Assembly: GCA_048941015.1 (NCBI GenBank)
Contig: JBHLNZ010000006.1
Span: forward strand, 1-64,000
Length of the DNA stretch: 64,000 nt
Direction of reading: 5' to 3'
Source of the DNA: Promethearchaeota archaeon
GTDB taxonomy: Archaea; Asgardarchaeota; Lokiarchaeia; Sigyniarchaeales; SOKP01
Shown here: in pieces, positions 42,129 to 51,057 of the stretch
Position numbering within the stretch: the first letter of the stretch is position 1
How the letters are laid out: the number at the start of each line of letters is the position of its first letter
The notes under the pieces: model-generated
Databases searched by the model: none
The model's input: only the letters and a program-made list of their open reading frames with translations
Told to the model about the DNA's origin: nothing
Made by a program: the position numbers and the translations under genes

Positions 42129-43526
42129 TCAATCGATTGTATCAATCAAATTAATGATCTTCTCTATTTTTTGAATCATCTCTTTGGAATTTTTTGCAAA
42201 AACTCTAATGATCGGTTCCTTTCCTACGGCACCTTTATCCCATATGATATCTGGAATATTTCCAAATTTATCGATACTATCTTTAATTAACCATTGCATG
42301 GTAGAATGTTCTCTCATTCGTACTTTATCAGGTTGAGTTTCTCTTAAGAATTCATAAGAAATTAAATCAGTATATGTTTGAATTTCCTTGATATATTTTT
42401 CTTCATATCGAAGATTTACTACAAAATTAATAGAATTATCATACTCTTTCGCTGAAAGAAGCAACCTGGCAGTATGATCTGAGGCTCCAAATTTAATGTC
42501 TCCTGACGCTTTGGGATAGCCATTAACAATTGTAATTCTACCATCAATTCCTGCAATATCTTCCTTATTTATGGCGTTTGGAAGGGAACCTGAAATGTTA
42601 GTTCTCACCTCGGGTATCAATTTAACAAACTTTTTTGAGCTAGAAAAAAAGTTATAGATCTCCTTTATCTGATTAATTACAAAAATTTCCTTTTCAGAAT
42701 AAGATAAATCAATAATTTTACCATTATCTGGTAAGTTGACAAATTTTTGGAATTTTTCATCAAAAAAGTTCTCTGCTTTCTCAATTGCTTTTAAAATAGG
42801 ATTTCCTTGAGCAAGGAATGCCGTAATTGCAGAAGAAAACACACAGCCAGTCCCGTGAATATTTTTTTTAAGATTTAATTTTCTTTTCTTAAAAAGTTTA
42901 AATTCTAGTTTGAGATTATTCCTATAGCATAATAGATCATAAATATAGTTTTTATCAATTAAACCGCCTTTAATAATAACCGCTTTCTCGCCTTTCTCTT
43001 TTCCTTTTATCGTAAACATTTTTTCAATTAGGATTTCTGTTGCTTCTTTTAACTTATGTTCGTTTTCTAATCTCAAATTCCTTAAATTCGTACTAGAATA
43101 GAATTCTGCTTCAGAGAGGTTAGGTGTAATAATTTTTAAATGAGGAAATAAACTTTTTTCTATTTCTAATTCTAAACCTTCACTTGAAAGTCTTTCTCCA
43201 GCACTAGAAATAGATACAGGATCATAAATTACATGTAGATTCTCTCTTTTAATATAATCAACAATAATATCAAGAGCTTGAACATCTGGAATCATACCAA
43301 TTTTCACATATTTTATTGGATAAACACTTAAAATTGCATCCAATTGTAAATCAAGAGTATCCGAGAGGGATTTGTATCCATGAAATTCTGTTGCCGATTG
43401 ATATGTAATTGCTGTTATAACAGAAAAAGGATGAACACCACATCTATCAAAAGTTCTAATATCTGCTTGAATTCCTGCACCAGATGTAGGATCAGCTCCT
43501 GCAATTGTTAAACAAAAATTTGTCAT
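42129..43526 (-). CDS. thiDN: Bifunctional HMP/HMP-P kinase - thiamine-phosphate synthase (ThiD-ThiN fusion)
   Basis: LTIAGADPTSGAGIQAD and HGTGC in the kinase domain; LIPEVRTN, FGASDH and GKEP in the C-terminal ThiN domain. Confidence 0.92.
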   Translation of the reverse strand: MTNFCLTIAGADPTSGAGIQADIRTFDRCGVHPFSVITAITYQSATEFHGYKSLSDTLDLQLDAILSVYPIKYVKIGMIPDVQALDIIVDYIKRENLHVIYDPVSISSAGERLSSEGLELEIEKSLFPHLKIITPNLSEAEFYSSTNLRNLRLENEHKLKEATEILIEKMFTIKGKEKGEKAVIIKGGLIDKNYIYDLLCYRNNLKLEFKLFKKRKLNLKKNIHGTGCVFSSAITAFLAQGNPILKAIEKAENFFDEKFQKFVNLPDNGKIIDLSYSEKEIFVINQIKEIYNFFSSSKKFVKLIPEVRTNISGSLPNAINKEDIAGIDGRITIVNGYPKASGDIKFGASDHTARLLLSAKEYDNSINFVVNLRYEEKYIKEIQTYTDLISYEFLRETQPDKVRMREHSTMQWLIKDSIDKFGNIPDIIWDKGAVGKEPIIRVFAKNSKEMIQKIEKIINLIDTID

Positions 43527-43592
43527 TATACAATATAGTATATATTTTTTAAATAAGTTATATATTTTCTATTCGTTTGATATTATTATTGG

Positions 43593-43638
43593 AGAGATCC
43601 AGTCTTTAGGACAACCAAATTTAGTTATTGGATACTCT
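43593..43638 (+). other. Imperfect stem-loop upstream of tnpB (candidate IS left-end hairpin)
   Basis: agag-atccagt...attggat-a-ctct forms about 11 bp with one bulge. Confidence 0.4.
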
Positions 43639-43678
43639 GTTTAGTTTTAAATAGGAACAATTCTCGAATAATACTAAA

Positions 43679-44887
43679 ATGAGATTAACTGAAATTATTC
43701 AAATTAACCATTTACGGGAATTATCAAACGTATGTCATTTAGCCAAAAATCTTTACAATATAGCTAACTGGTATATTAGGCAGGATTTTTTTAATCTCAA
43801 TAATCTTTTATCCTATTATGATTTAAATTTCATCCTTAAAGACAAATATGCTTACCAAAACCTTCCTTCTCAGACAGCACAGCAAATATTAAAAATAATT
43901 ATTAGAAATTGGAGATCTTATTTTAATGCTTTGAGGGAATATAAAAGAGATAGCAATAAATTCAAGAAAAAGCCGAATATTCCACGATATAAAAGAAAAA
44001 ATGGAGAATTTGTCACAATTTTCACCAATCAGCAATGTAGAATAATACAAGGATATTTATATTTCCCAAAAAGAGTGAATATTCATCCAATTAAAACAAG
44101 AATTACAGAAAAGCTAAAAGAAGTAAGGTTAATCCCTTTAGGAGTAAAGTATAAAGTTGAAATAGTGTATGAAAAAGAAGAGAAGGATTTTGGATTAAAA
44201 AAAGATAGAATATTAAGTATTGATTTGGGACTAAATAATCTCATAACTGCTGTAAATAATAATGGATGCAGACCATTTATTATTAAAGGTGGGATGATTA
44301 AGTCCATCAATCAATATTATAATAAACGAATAGCATATTTTAGAAGTATTGAAAATAAAAAAGGCAATTATAAAGATACCAAAAGAATTCAAAAACTTCA
44401 TATAACTAGAAACAATAAACTTATGACATTATTTCATCGAGTCTCTAAGAATGTAATTGATTATTGTATTCAAAAAAACATTGGAACTATTGTAATCGGA
44501 TATAATTTTGGTTGGAAACAGAACGTTAAAATAGGAAAAAAGAATAATCAGAAATTTGTTCAACTTCCTTTTCTGAAGCTAATGAAACAAATCGAATATA
44601 AAGCTAAATTAAAAGGAATTCAAATAAAACGAATTGAAGAATCATACACTTCCAAATGCTCTTTCTTGGATAATGAACCGATCGGAAGACATGAAAGATA
44701 TGCCGGAAAAAGAATTTTTAGAGGATTGTATAAAACTTCCAATGGTACTTTAATCAATGCAGATGTTAATGGGGCCTATAATATTATGAGAAAAGCATTC
44801 CCAAATGCCATTTCGGTTGATGGGATAGAGGCATTCGGACTAATGCCACAAATAATACAACATAATATTGTTGACACTATTATTTGA
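43679..44887 (+). CDS. tnpB: RNA-guided endonuclease TnpB (IS200/IS605 family, solo/IS1341-like)
   Basis: KNLYN, LPSQTAQQ, RuvC-I SIDLGLNN, IVIGYN..WKQ, EESYTSK and RuvC-III NADVNGAYNI. Confidence 0.93.
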   Translation: MRLTEIIQINHLRELSNVCHLAKNLYNIANWYIRQDFFNLNNLLSYYDLNFILKDKYAYQNLPSQTAQQILKIIIRNWRSYFNALREYKRDSNKFKKKPNIPRYKRKNGEFVTIFTNQQCRIIQGYLYFPKRVNIHPIKTRITEKLKEVRLIPLGVKYKVEIVYEKEEKDFGLKKDRILSIDLGLNNLITAVNNNGCRPFIIKGGMIKSINQYYNKRIAYFRSIENKKGNYKDTKRIQKLHITRNNKLMTLFHRVSKNVIDYCIQKNIGTIVIGYNFGWKQNVKIGKKNNQKFVQLPFLKLMKQIEYKAKLKGIQIKRIEESYTSKCSFLDNEPIGRHERYAGKRIFRGLYKTSNGTLINADVNGAYNIMRKAFPNAISVDGIEAFGLMPQIIQHNIVDTII

Positions 44888-44916
44888 AATAAAATGAGTA
44901 TAATCTTACTTATTTT
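44794..44916 (+). ncRNA. Putative TnpB omegaRNA/right-end scaffold
   Basis: Successive hairpins overlap the tnpB 3' end: gcatt/aatgc, ggcatt-cggact-aatgcc (44830-44847), caaataata-caaca...tgttg-acac-tattatttg (44849-44886) and aaaatgagta/tacttatttt (44891-44916). Confidence 0.55.
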
Positions 44917-45496
44917 AATGGTCTTTAACTCTATCATAAGCCCATTTAGCTTTATCCATCAATCCTAAAGCTTCATAAGATTTTGCTAAATAAAGAAAAC
45001 CATCAGGATAATCATATTTCTCTTTAACTAATTTGAATAATTGATTGATTGCTAAATCATATCGTCCTTGTAAGTAATTAATCTTTCCTCTTAAAAAGGT
45101 TATTCTTTGTCCTTTTTCGCTATTAATATTTTTATCATCATGAAAATCTAATCTTGATAATGCATAATCATACTCGTTTGCTTCAATTAATATATCAATA
45201 GACTCGGAAAATTTAAGAAAGGCTATATTATCAGCAACTTTTCCAATTTTCTGAAGAATGTCTCTTTCTAATATCTTCTTGTATTCTTGTTGTTTCTCTT
45301 TTTCTTTTTTATCAATATAAGATTTAAAATTCTTGATAATTTCCTGAGAATATGGTTCATTACATAAGGGACATCTTAAAGAATGCATTACCCATTCTTT
45401 TAAACAATTAAAATGAGTGGGATGACCATTCGGACATTCTTGATATGATTCATCTCCTTCATTAATACTCATGTGACAGATAATACATGAAGGCAT
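44915..45496 (-). CDS. RING-H2 finger plus TPR protein (putative E3 ligase)
   Basis: C-x2-C-x13-C-x3-H-x2-H-x2-C-x3-W-x6-C-P-x-C, then a coiled linker and two TPR-like repeats. Confidence 0.85.
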   Translation of the reverse strand: MPSCIICHMSINEGDESYQECPNGHPTHFNCLKEWVMHSLRCPLCNEPYSQEIIKNFKSYIDKKEKEKQQEYKKILERDILQKIGKVADNIAFLKFSESIDILIEANEYDYALSRLDFHDDKNINSEKGQRITFLRGKINYLQGRYDLAINQLFKLVKEKYDYPDGFLYLAKSYEALGLMDKAKWAYDRVKDH

Positions 45497-45598
45497 GATA
45501 ATCAGAAAACTATTTAATAAATTATAAAATTATCACTTTTAAGTCTATGTTATTACTAATAATATATTCTAGAATATTGGTTTAATAGGCGATCTTTT

Positions 45599-47167
45599 AT
45601 GTCACTTGCCAAAGAAGAATTATTTAATGAACTTCTATCAAATTTTTTAAAATTGAATGATGATTTGGAAGCTGTTATCGTCTCTGACCATCAAGGCTTC
45701 GTAATCGCTGGTGAGAAGAAAAAGAGTGTAGATTTAGAATTAGTATCAGTTCTCACAGCTCTGATAAATCCTATCTTAGAAAGAATGAGGAGTGAGTTTG
45801 CTTTCAAGAGGTTTGGGAGTGCATCTTTTGATACTGAAGAGCACCGTTTTTTATTTATTTCTATTGATGAAAATGTAACACTTAGTTTAGTCTTAAACAC
45901 TTTGGCTTCAATAGATATAATTTCACCATATGCTTTTTTTCTCGCTGAGAAAGTTGCTCAAATTATTTTCGCTCAAGAAGGAGATCAAATACAAATTACC
46001 ATCCCAAATTTTGAAATAGAAGCCAATATTTCAGAGTCTTCAGATAGAGTTAAAGAACAAATTTATCAGCTTAGGCTAGAATCTGGAAATAAATATCGAT
46101 TTAAATTTGTAATTATTGGGGACCATGAAGTTGGAAAAACCTCACTTATTCGCAGGTTTGTTGAAAATAAATTTTCTAATGATTATCGGTCAACTTTAGG
46201 CCTAAATGTAACCAGTCATTCTATTGAATTTTATGGAAATGAAGTAATCTTTGTTTTATTCGATATTGGGGCACAAGAATATTTTAAGAGGTTCAGAAAG
46301 ACCTATTATCAAGGTGCTCAAGCAGCCTTTATCGTTTTTGATTTAACTAATGAAGACTCTTTTAAAAATGTAAAAAAATGGTATAAGGAAATGCAATCTT
46401 TTATTGGAAATAGAGATATTCCAGTAGTATTAGTAGGTAATAAATCCGATTTAATAAAAGAGAGACGAGTAGAATATCAAGATGGTACAAAGTTAGTAAA
46501 TGAATTCATTGAAGAATTTTCTTCTAAGGATTTTTCATATATTGAAACCAGTGCATTAACTGGTGAAAATGTTGAAGATGCTTTTAGCCTAATCGCTTAT
46601 CATTATATAGTAAAAACAAAGGAACAAGAAGAAGAACGCCTTAAAAAAAATTTAATGAAAATTATTAACTCTATTCTTAATGAAAACAAAAAATTAATGC
46701 TTTCTTTTATAACAGAAAATCCGTATTGGAGTCCTGGCTTACAGATTTTGAATGAAATAAACAGTTTATATGAATGTGAAAAGATATATGATGATAAAGA
46801 GACAAAATACTATGAATATTCAAATGGCTTAGCAATCAAAAACTTCCTTTTTGAAAAATTCAATGTTTATGGCTCCGATGGAGTTCTCATCATTTTTGAT
46901 GCGAGAAAAAGACAAAATATTGACCCTGAATGGAAAGAAATTGTTTATAAAATTATCGATGAACTTGAAGAAAATAAGGTTGCTTTAATTGGGGTAAGAG
47001 TGCCAGAAGAAAGTAATTGGTCCAAAATTATAGAACAGTTTAATGTAAATATACGTTTAGAGAAAAAGTTTATCTCACTTTTATTTTTTAAAATAGGGTT
47101 TGAATATCGATTAGAAATTTATGATCAGCTTGAAGTAATGTTAAATAACATTAAAGATTTAAGCTGA
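45599..47167 (+). CDS. Roadblock domain - Rab-like GTPase - degenerate GTPase-like domain protein
   Basis: LEAVIVSDHQGFVIAG roadblock motif; GDHEVGKT, STLG, DIGAQE, NKSD and ETSAL; C-terminal SDGVLIIFDAR. Confidence 0.88.
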   Translation: MSLAKEELFNELLSNFLKLNDDLEAVIVSDHQGFVIAGEKKKSVDLELVSVLTALINPILERMRSEFAFKRFGSASFDTEEHRFLFISIDENVTLSLVLNTLASIDIISPYAFFLAEKVAQIIFAQEGDQIQITIPNFEIEANISESSDRVKEQIYQLRLESGNKYRFKFVIIGDHEVGKTSLIRRFVENKFSNDYRSTLGLNVTSHSIEFYGNEVIFVLFDIGAQEYFKRFRKTYYQGAQAAFIVFDLTNEDSFKNVKKWYKEMQSFIGNRDIPVVLVGNKSDLIKERRVEYQDGTKLVNEFIEEFSSKDFSYIETSALTGENVEDAFSLIAYHYIVKTKEQEEERLKKNLMKIINSILNENKKLMLSFITENPYWSPGLQILNEINSLYECEKIYDDKETKYYEYSNGLAIKNFLFEKFNVYGSDGVLIIFDARKRQNIDPEWKEIVYKIIDELEENKVALIGVRVPEESNWSKIIEQFNVNIRLEKKFISLLFFKIGFEYRLEIYDQLEVMLNNIKDLS

Positions 47168-47336
47168 TTAAGATTTTTATTAAAAAAAATTCAACAAATC
47201 TGCTTCTCTTTACCCTCTTTTAATCTTATTGAAGATAATTAATTCTTTATAAATAGCTATTTTTAATAATATGTTATGTTATTATATTGATAAGAAAATA
47301 ATAGCTTCCCATTATTCAAAAAACGAGGAGATTTTT

Positions 47337-48905
47337 ATTTCAATAAACAGAAATCAATTATTCCATGATATATTAAATAGATTTCTTGAAAGATTTTATG
47401 AATTAGAAGCAGTGATCATCTCAGATTTTGAAGGATTAATTCTTGCTGGAGAGAAGCAAAAAGGTTATGAAGATAAACTTGAAATAATATCAGTCCTCAC
47501 AACTTTAATAAATCCTGTTTTAGATAGAATTAGAAATGAGTTTTCATTTAAGAATTTTGGCACTGCTTCGTTTGATACTGAGGAACATAGATTATTATTT
47601 ATATCAATAGATGCTGAGAGAACATTAAGTTTTATTCTTAATAGTATGGCTTCCATTGAGAAAATAGCGCCTTATGGTCTTTTTTTAGCAGAAAAATCAG
47701 CACAAATTCTTAATGCTAAAGAAGATGATTTAATCCAAATTTCGATACCTGATTTTGAAAGTGAAGTTGATCGCCATCAGTCATTAAAGCAATCACTTAT
47801 TCAATCGGAGCTTGAGGAGAAAGGTACATATAGCTTTAAATTTGTAGTTGTTGGAGATCATGAAGTTGGCAAAACCTCAATTATTAGAAGATTCGTTGAA
47901 AGGAAATTTTCAGCAGATTATCGAGCCACAATTGGATTAAACATTCTAGCACATAATTTTTTCTTGGAAGGTAATGAAATTGCATTGACTTTATGGGATT
48001 TAGGAGCTCAAGAATTCTTCAAAAGGTATAGAAAAATTTACTATACTGGTGCTGAAGCTGCTTTTATTGTTTATGATTTATCTAATAAGAACTCCTTTGA
48101 AAATGTTATAAATTGGTATAATGAATTAACTGAATTTATTATAGACAAAGATATCCCTATTGTTATAGTTGCTAATAAGCTTGATTTAGCTGATAAAAGA
48201 GTTATAACTCGCGAGGAAGGATTAGAATTGATTAATAAATTGTCAGATTCAGATTCAGGATTATCCTATATGGAAACAAGTGCTTTAAGTGGTGAGAACG
48301 TTCAAGATGCATTTAAATTAATTGCTTACCATTATATTTTGAGGAGTAAACAAAAAGCGAAAGAAATCATAAAAGAGGATCTTTTCGAAGTAATAAAATC
48401 AACTTTAAAAGATTTAGTGATATTAGAATTAACCTTTATTTATGAAAATCTAAGCTGGAATCCTGGATTTCAAGTGATATTAGATATAGAAAAGTTAGGT
48501 GAATATTCTAAAATAAAGGATAATACCCTAGAAAAATTGTATGCCTATAAAAATGGTTTAATTCTAAATAATGCTACCTATGATAATTTTAACCTTAGTA
48601 ATTCTGATGGAGTTTTTTGCATTTTTGATGCACGAGAAAGAGAACATATAGATCCTAAATGGAAAGATATTCTTGTCAACATTATCCAAAAAATCCGCAA
48701 AAAGCGGGCAATAGTAGTTGGTCTTCGTGTTTCTGAGGGCACTAATTGGTCCCAGTTGATGGAAGAGTTCGAAATTGAGCAAGATCTCGAAGAAAAATTG
48801 GTATCAGTTTTATTTCTTAAAATTGGTAAAGATTATCGAGAAAAAATTTATGAACATCTAAAAGTTTTGTTAAATGCAATAGTAAATACACGCAACTTGA
48901 AATAG
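47337..48905 (+). CDS. Tandem paralog: roadblock - Rab-like GTPase - degenerate GTPase-like domain; start uncertain (ATG 47271 or ATT 47337)
   Basis: LEAVIISDFEGLILAG; GDHEVGKT, ATIG, DLGAQE, NKLD and ETSAL. Alignment to the paralog begins at ATT 47337, 6 nt after GAGGAG. Confidence 0.85.
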   Translation: MSINRNQLFHDILNRFLERFYELEAVIISDFEGLILAGEKQKGYEDKLEIISVLTTLINPVLDRIRNEFSFKNFGTASFDTEEHRLLFISIDAERTLSFILNSMASIEKIAPYGLFLAEKSAQILNAKEDDLIQISIPDFESEVDRHQSLKQSLIQSELEEKGTYSFKFVVVGDHEVGKTSIIRRFVERKFSADYRATIGLNILAHNFFLEGNEIALTLWDLGAQEFFKRYRKIYYTGAEAAFIVYDLSNKNSFENVINWYNELTEFIIDKDIPIVIVANKLDLADKRVITREEGLELINKLSDSDSGLSYMETSALSGENVQDAFKLIAYHYILRSKQKAKEIIKEDLFEVIKSTLKDLVILELTFIYENLSWNPGFQVILDIEKLGEYSKIKDNTLEKLYAYKNGLILNNATYDNFNLSNSDGVFCIFDAREREHIDPKWKDILVNIIQKIRKKRAIVVGLRVSEGTNWSQLMEEFEIEQDLEEKLVSVLFLKIGKDYREKIYEHLKVLLNAIVNTRNLK

Positions 48906-48907
48906 GA

Positions 48908-49972
48908 TTATTTTTTCAATCGTATTTTTAATTTTTCTGTTATTAAATCTCCCATCTCTTTAGTTGATAAGGTCTTTATTGTAGGATTTCTTAAATCAAC
49001 AGTTCTTCCTTCTTCAAGTGCTTCTTCTACGGACTTTTCAATCTCTTTCGCTATTACCAAAGATTGAAATGACTCTTGTATCATTAACTTAACACTTAAT
49101 ATTGCCCCAATCGGATTTGCTATGTTTTTTCCTGCGATGTCTGGTGCTGAACCATGAATCGGTTCATACATTGAGATCTTACCGGGATTGATATTCCCAC
49201 TAGCAGCCATCCCAAGACTTCCAATTAAAAATGCCCCTTCATCAGAAATAATGTCGCCAAACATATTCCCAGTAACAACCGTTTGATAATTATATGGAGC
49301 TCTAATAAGCCATTGACAGAATGCATCGATATAAATATCTTCCATTTGTATCTCAGGATACTCGTGGCCAATTTCGTGAAATATCTTTCTCCATAACTTA
49401 CTCGGATTTAGGAGGTTGGCTTTATCAACCGAAGTAATTTTGGAATGACCCCTTTTTTTAGCAAATTCAAAAGCAAATCGAATAATTCTCTCACAACCAT
49501 TTCGAGTATATAACATAACATTATGTGCTTCGTTATCTGAATATTCTCCAACATTTTTATATAACCCTTCAGTATTTTCTCTTACGAAAGTAATATCAAT
49601 TCCTTTCCCAATAAATTCTTCTTTAAGAGGACATCTATCCCATAATGATTTATATAATTTTATTGGTCTGAGATTTACATATAAATCTAATTCTTGACGA
49701 ATTTTTAGTAAAGCTGATTCAGCAACTCCAGGAGGTAAATCAGGAAGTCCAATCGCTCCAAACAATAAAGCATCAGATTTCCTTATAATATTAAACGATT
49801 TTTCAGGGAGACTGATTCCATACTTTTTTAAAACAGCTCCACCTGCAGGAGCTTCTTTAAAATCAAATTCAAATTCTGAATAATCCGAGATTAATTTAAG
49901 AGTTTTAATACCTTCCTCTACAACCTCAGGACCGACACCATCTCCTTTACAAATAGAAATTATTTTTTTCAT
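48908..49972 (-). CDS. leuB: 3-isopropylmalate dehydrogenase (isocitrate/isopropylmalate dehydrogenase family)
   Basis: GDGVGPEV, NLRP, RENTEG, VDKAN, NMFGDIISD and EPIHGSAPDIAG. Exact substrate specificity is not provable from motifs. Confidence 0.75.
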   Translation of the reverse strand: MKKIISICKGDGVGPEVVEEGIKTLKLISDYSEFEFDFKEAPAGGAVLKKYGISLPEKSFNIIRKSDALLFGAIGLPDLPPGVAESALLKIRQELDLYVNLRPIKLYKSLWDRCPLKEEFIGKGIDITFVRENTEGLYKNVGEYSDNEAHNVMLYTRNGCERIIRFAFEFAKKRGHSKITSVDKANLLNPSKLWRKIFHEIGHEYPEIQMEDIYIDAFCQWLIRAPYNYQTVVTGNMFGDIISDEGAFLIGSLGMAASGNINPGKISMYEPIHGSAPDIAGKNIANPIGAILSVKLMIQESFQSLVIAKEIEKSVEEALEEGRTVDLRNPTIKTLSTKEMGDLITEKLKIRLKK

Positions 49973-50578
49973 TAAAATCAACCTAAAATGATTAATTATA
50001 TACTAATAACGCACTTAATAAATTAATTAAAGTTTAGTTCAAAATTAATATAAATTAAAATTACAAAAAATTATGAAGGATGAAGAGTCTATTAGAAAAT
50101 TTTAAAGAGTTATTATTAATGGGATCTGATCCTTCTTTTATTCATCCAAGTGCATATCAAGCTCCGTTAAAAATTACAAAAAGATCATGAAATCGAAATA
50201 GGCGGCTAACTTGAACCCTTAATTGGAAAATGCTATCAAATATGTCTAATGGGATAATATCGTAAGAGTAAAGGATATAGAATACTTTCTGAATCCTCCT
50301 AAAGAATCATTAAAATAAATTTTTAGGAAGATTAACAATTATTGATTACCTGAACTTCGTAATTAGGATTTAAGATAATAAGTTTTGAATATTTAACTTC
50401 CTCGCTTACCATCTTTAAAATTTAAAGAAATCTCAGATCTAATAGCTCAGACCTACTACTATCGGTTCATTTTTAAAACTTCGTAATTTTGTCGATCGGA
50501 TAAAATTATTAACCGAAACATATTCTATCGAAAATTTAACGCAATTTTTAAATATTTGAAATCATAAATATGATATAA

Positions 50579-50608
50579 TAAAGTTCATGTTAAAAAATGT
50601 GAACTTTA
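50579..50608. promoter_or_regulatory. 9-bp inverted repeat between the TATA-like box and SD of the histone gene
   Basis: taaagttca-N12-tgaacttta, with tttaaata at 50547-50554 and GGAGG at 50632-50636. Confidence 0.5.
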
Positions 50609-50643
50609 CGAAATTATAACAATAAAAAAGTGGAGGAATAAAA

Positions 50644-50856
50644 ATGGCTAAAAAAGTTTTTGCCTGGAGTCCAGTTCGTAAACTAATGAAAGATAACGGT
50701 GCTGAAATGGTGGCAAGAGATGCTGTAGATGCATTAATCGATTATTTAGAGAAACAAGCAAAAGGCGTGACCAATAAAGCTCTTGAAATGACCCGACATG
50801 CTGGTAGAAAGAAACTTACATTAGAAGATATGGACTTGGCAATGAAATTAATGTAA
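50644..50856 (+). CDS. Archaeal histone (HMf-type fold, tail-less)
   Basis: 70 aa; PVRKLMK..GAEMVARDA...HAGRKKLTLEDMDLA; strong SD. Confidence 0.93.
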   Translation: MAKKVFAWSPVRKLMKDNGAEMVARDAVDALIDYLEKQAKGVTNKALEMTRHAGRKKLTLEDMDLAMKLM

Positions 50857-51057
50857 ATTTATATTTTCAAAAATTATAATTATTTTTTTTTATTTTTAAA
50901 TTTTTAATCTCAATTTAAACTTCAATCTTAGTTCAAATAGAGCTCTATTAATATTATAGAAATTTTTAATATTTGAATTCACTCAAGTTATAAATTATAT
51001 TCAAATATTATAAAAATTAAATTTATTACTAAAAGAAAGAATATAAGATTAAAATAA

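Larger units (their letters stand above)
43590..44918 (+). mobile_element. IS200/IS605-family element carrying tnpB only; boundaries approximate
   Basis: tnpB without tnpA, with hairpins on both sides, inserted between thiDN and the RING-TPR gene. Confidence 0.6.

Noticed and set aside
40617-43678. TPP riboswitch upstream of thiC or thiDN
   Set aside because: No CUGAGA / ACCUGA core is visible in either upstream region.
50080-50265. Selenocysteine read-through of in-frame TGA codons in the spacer ORF
   Set aside because: There is no redox-motif context, no recognisable selenoprotein family and no identifiable SECIS.
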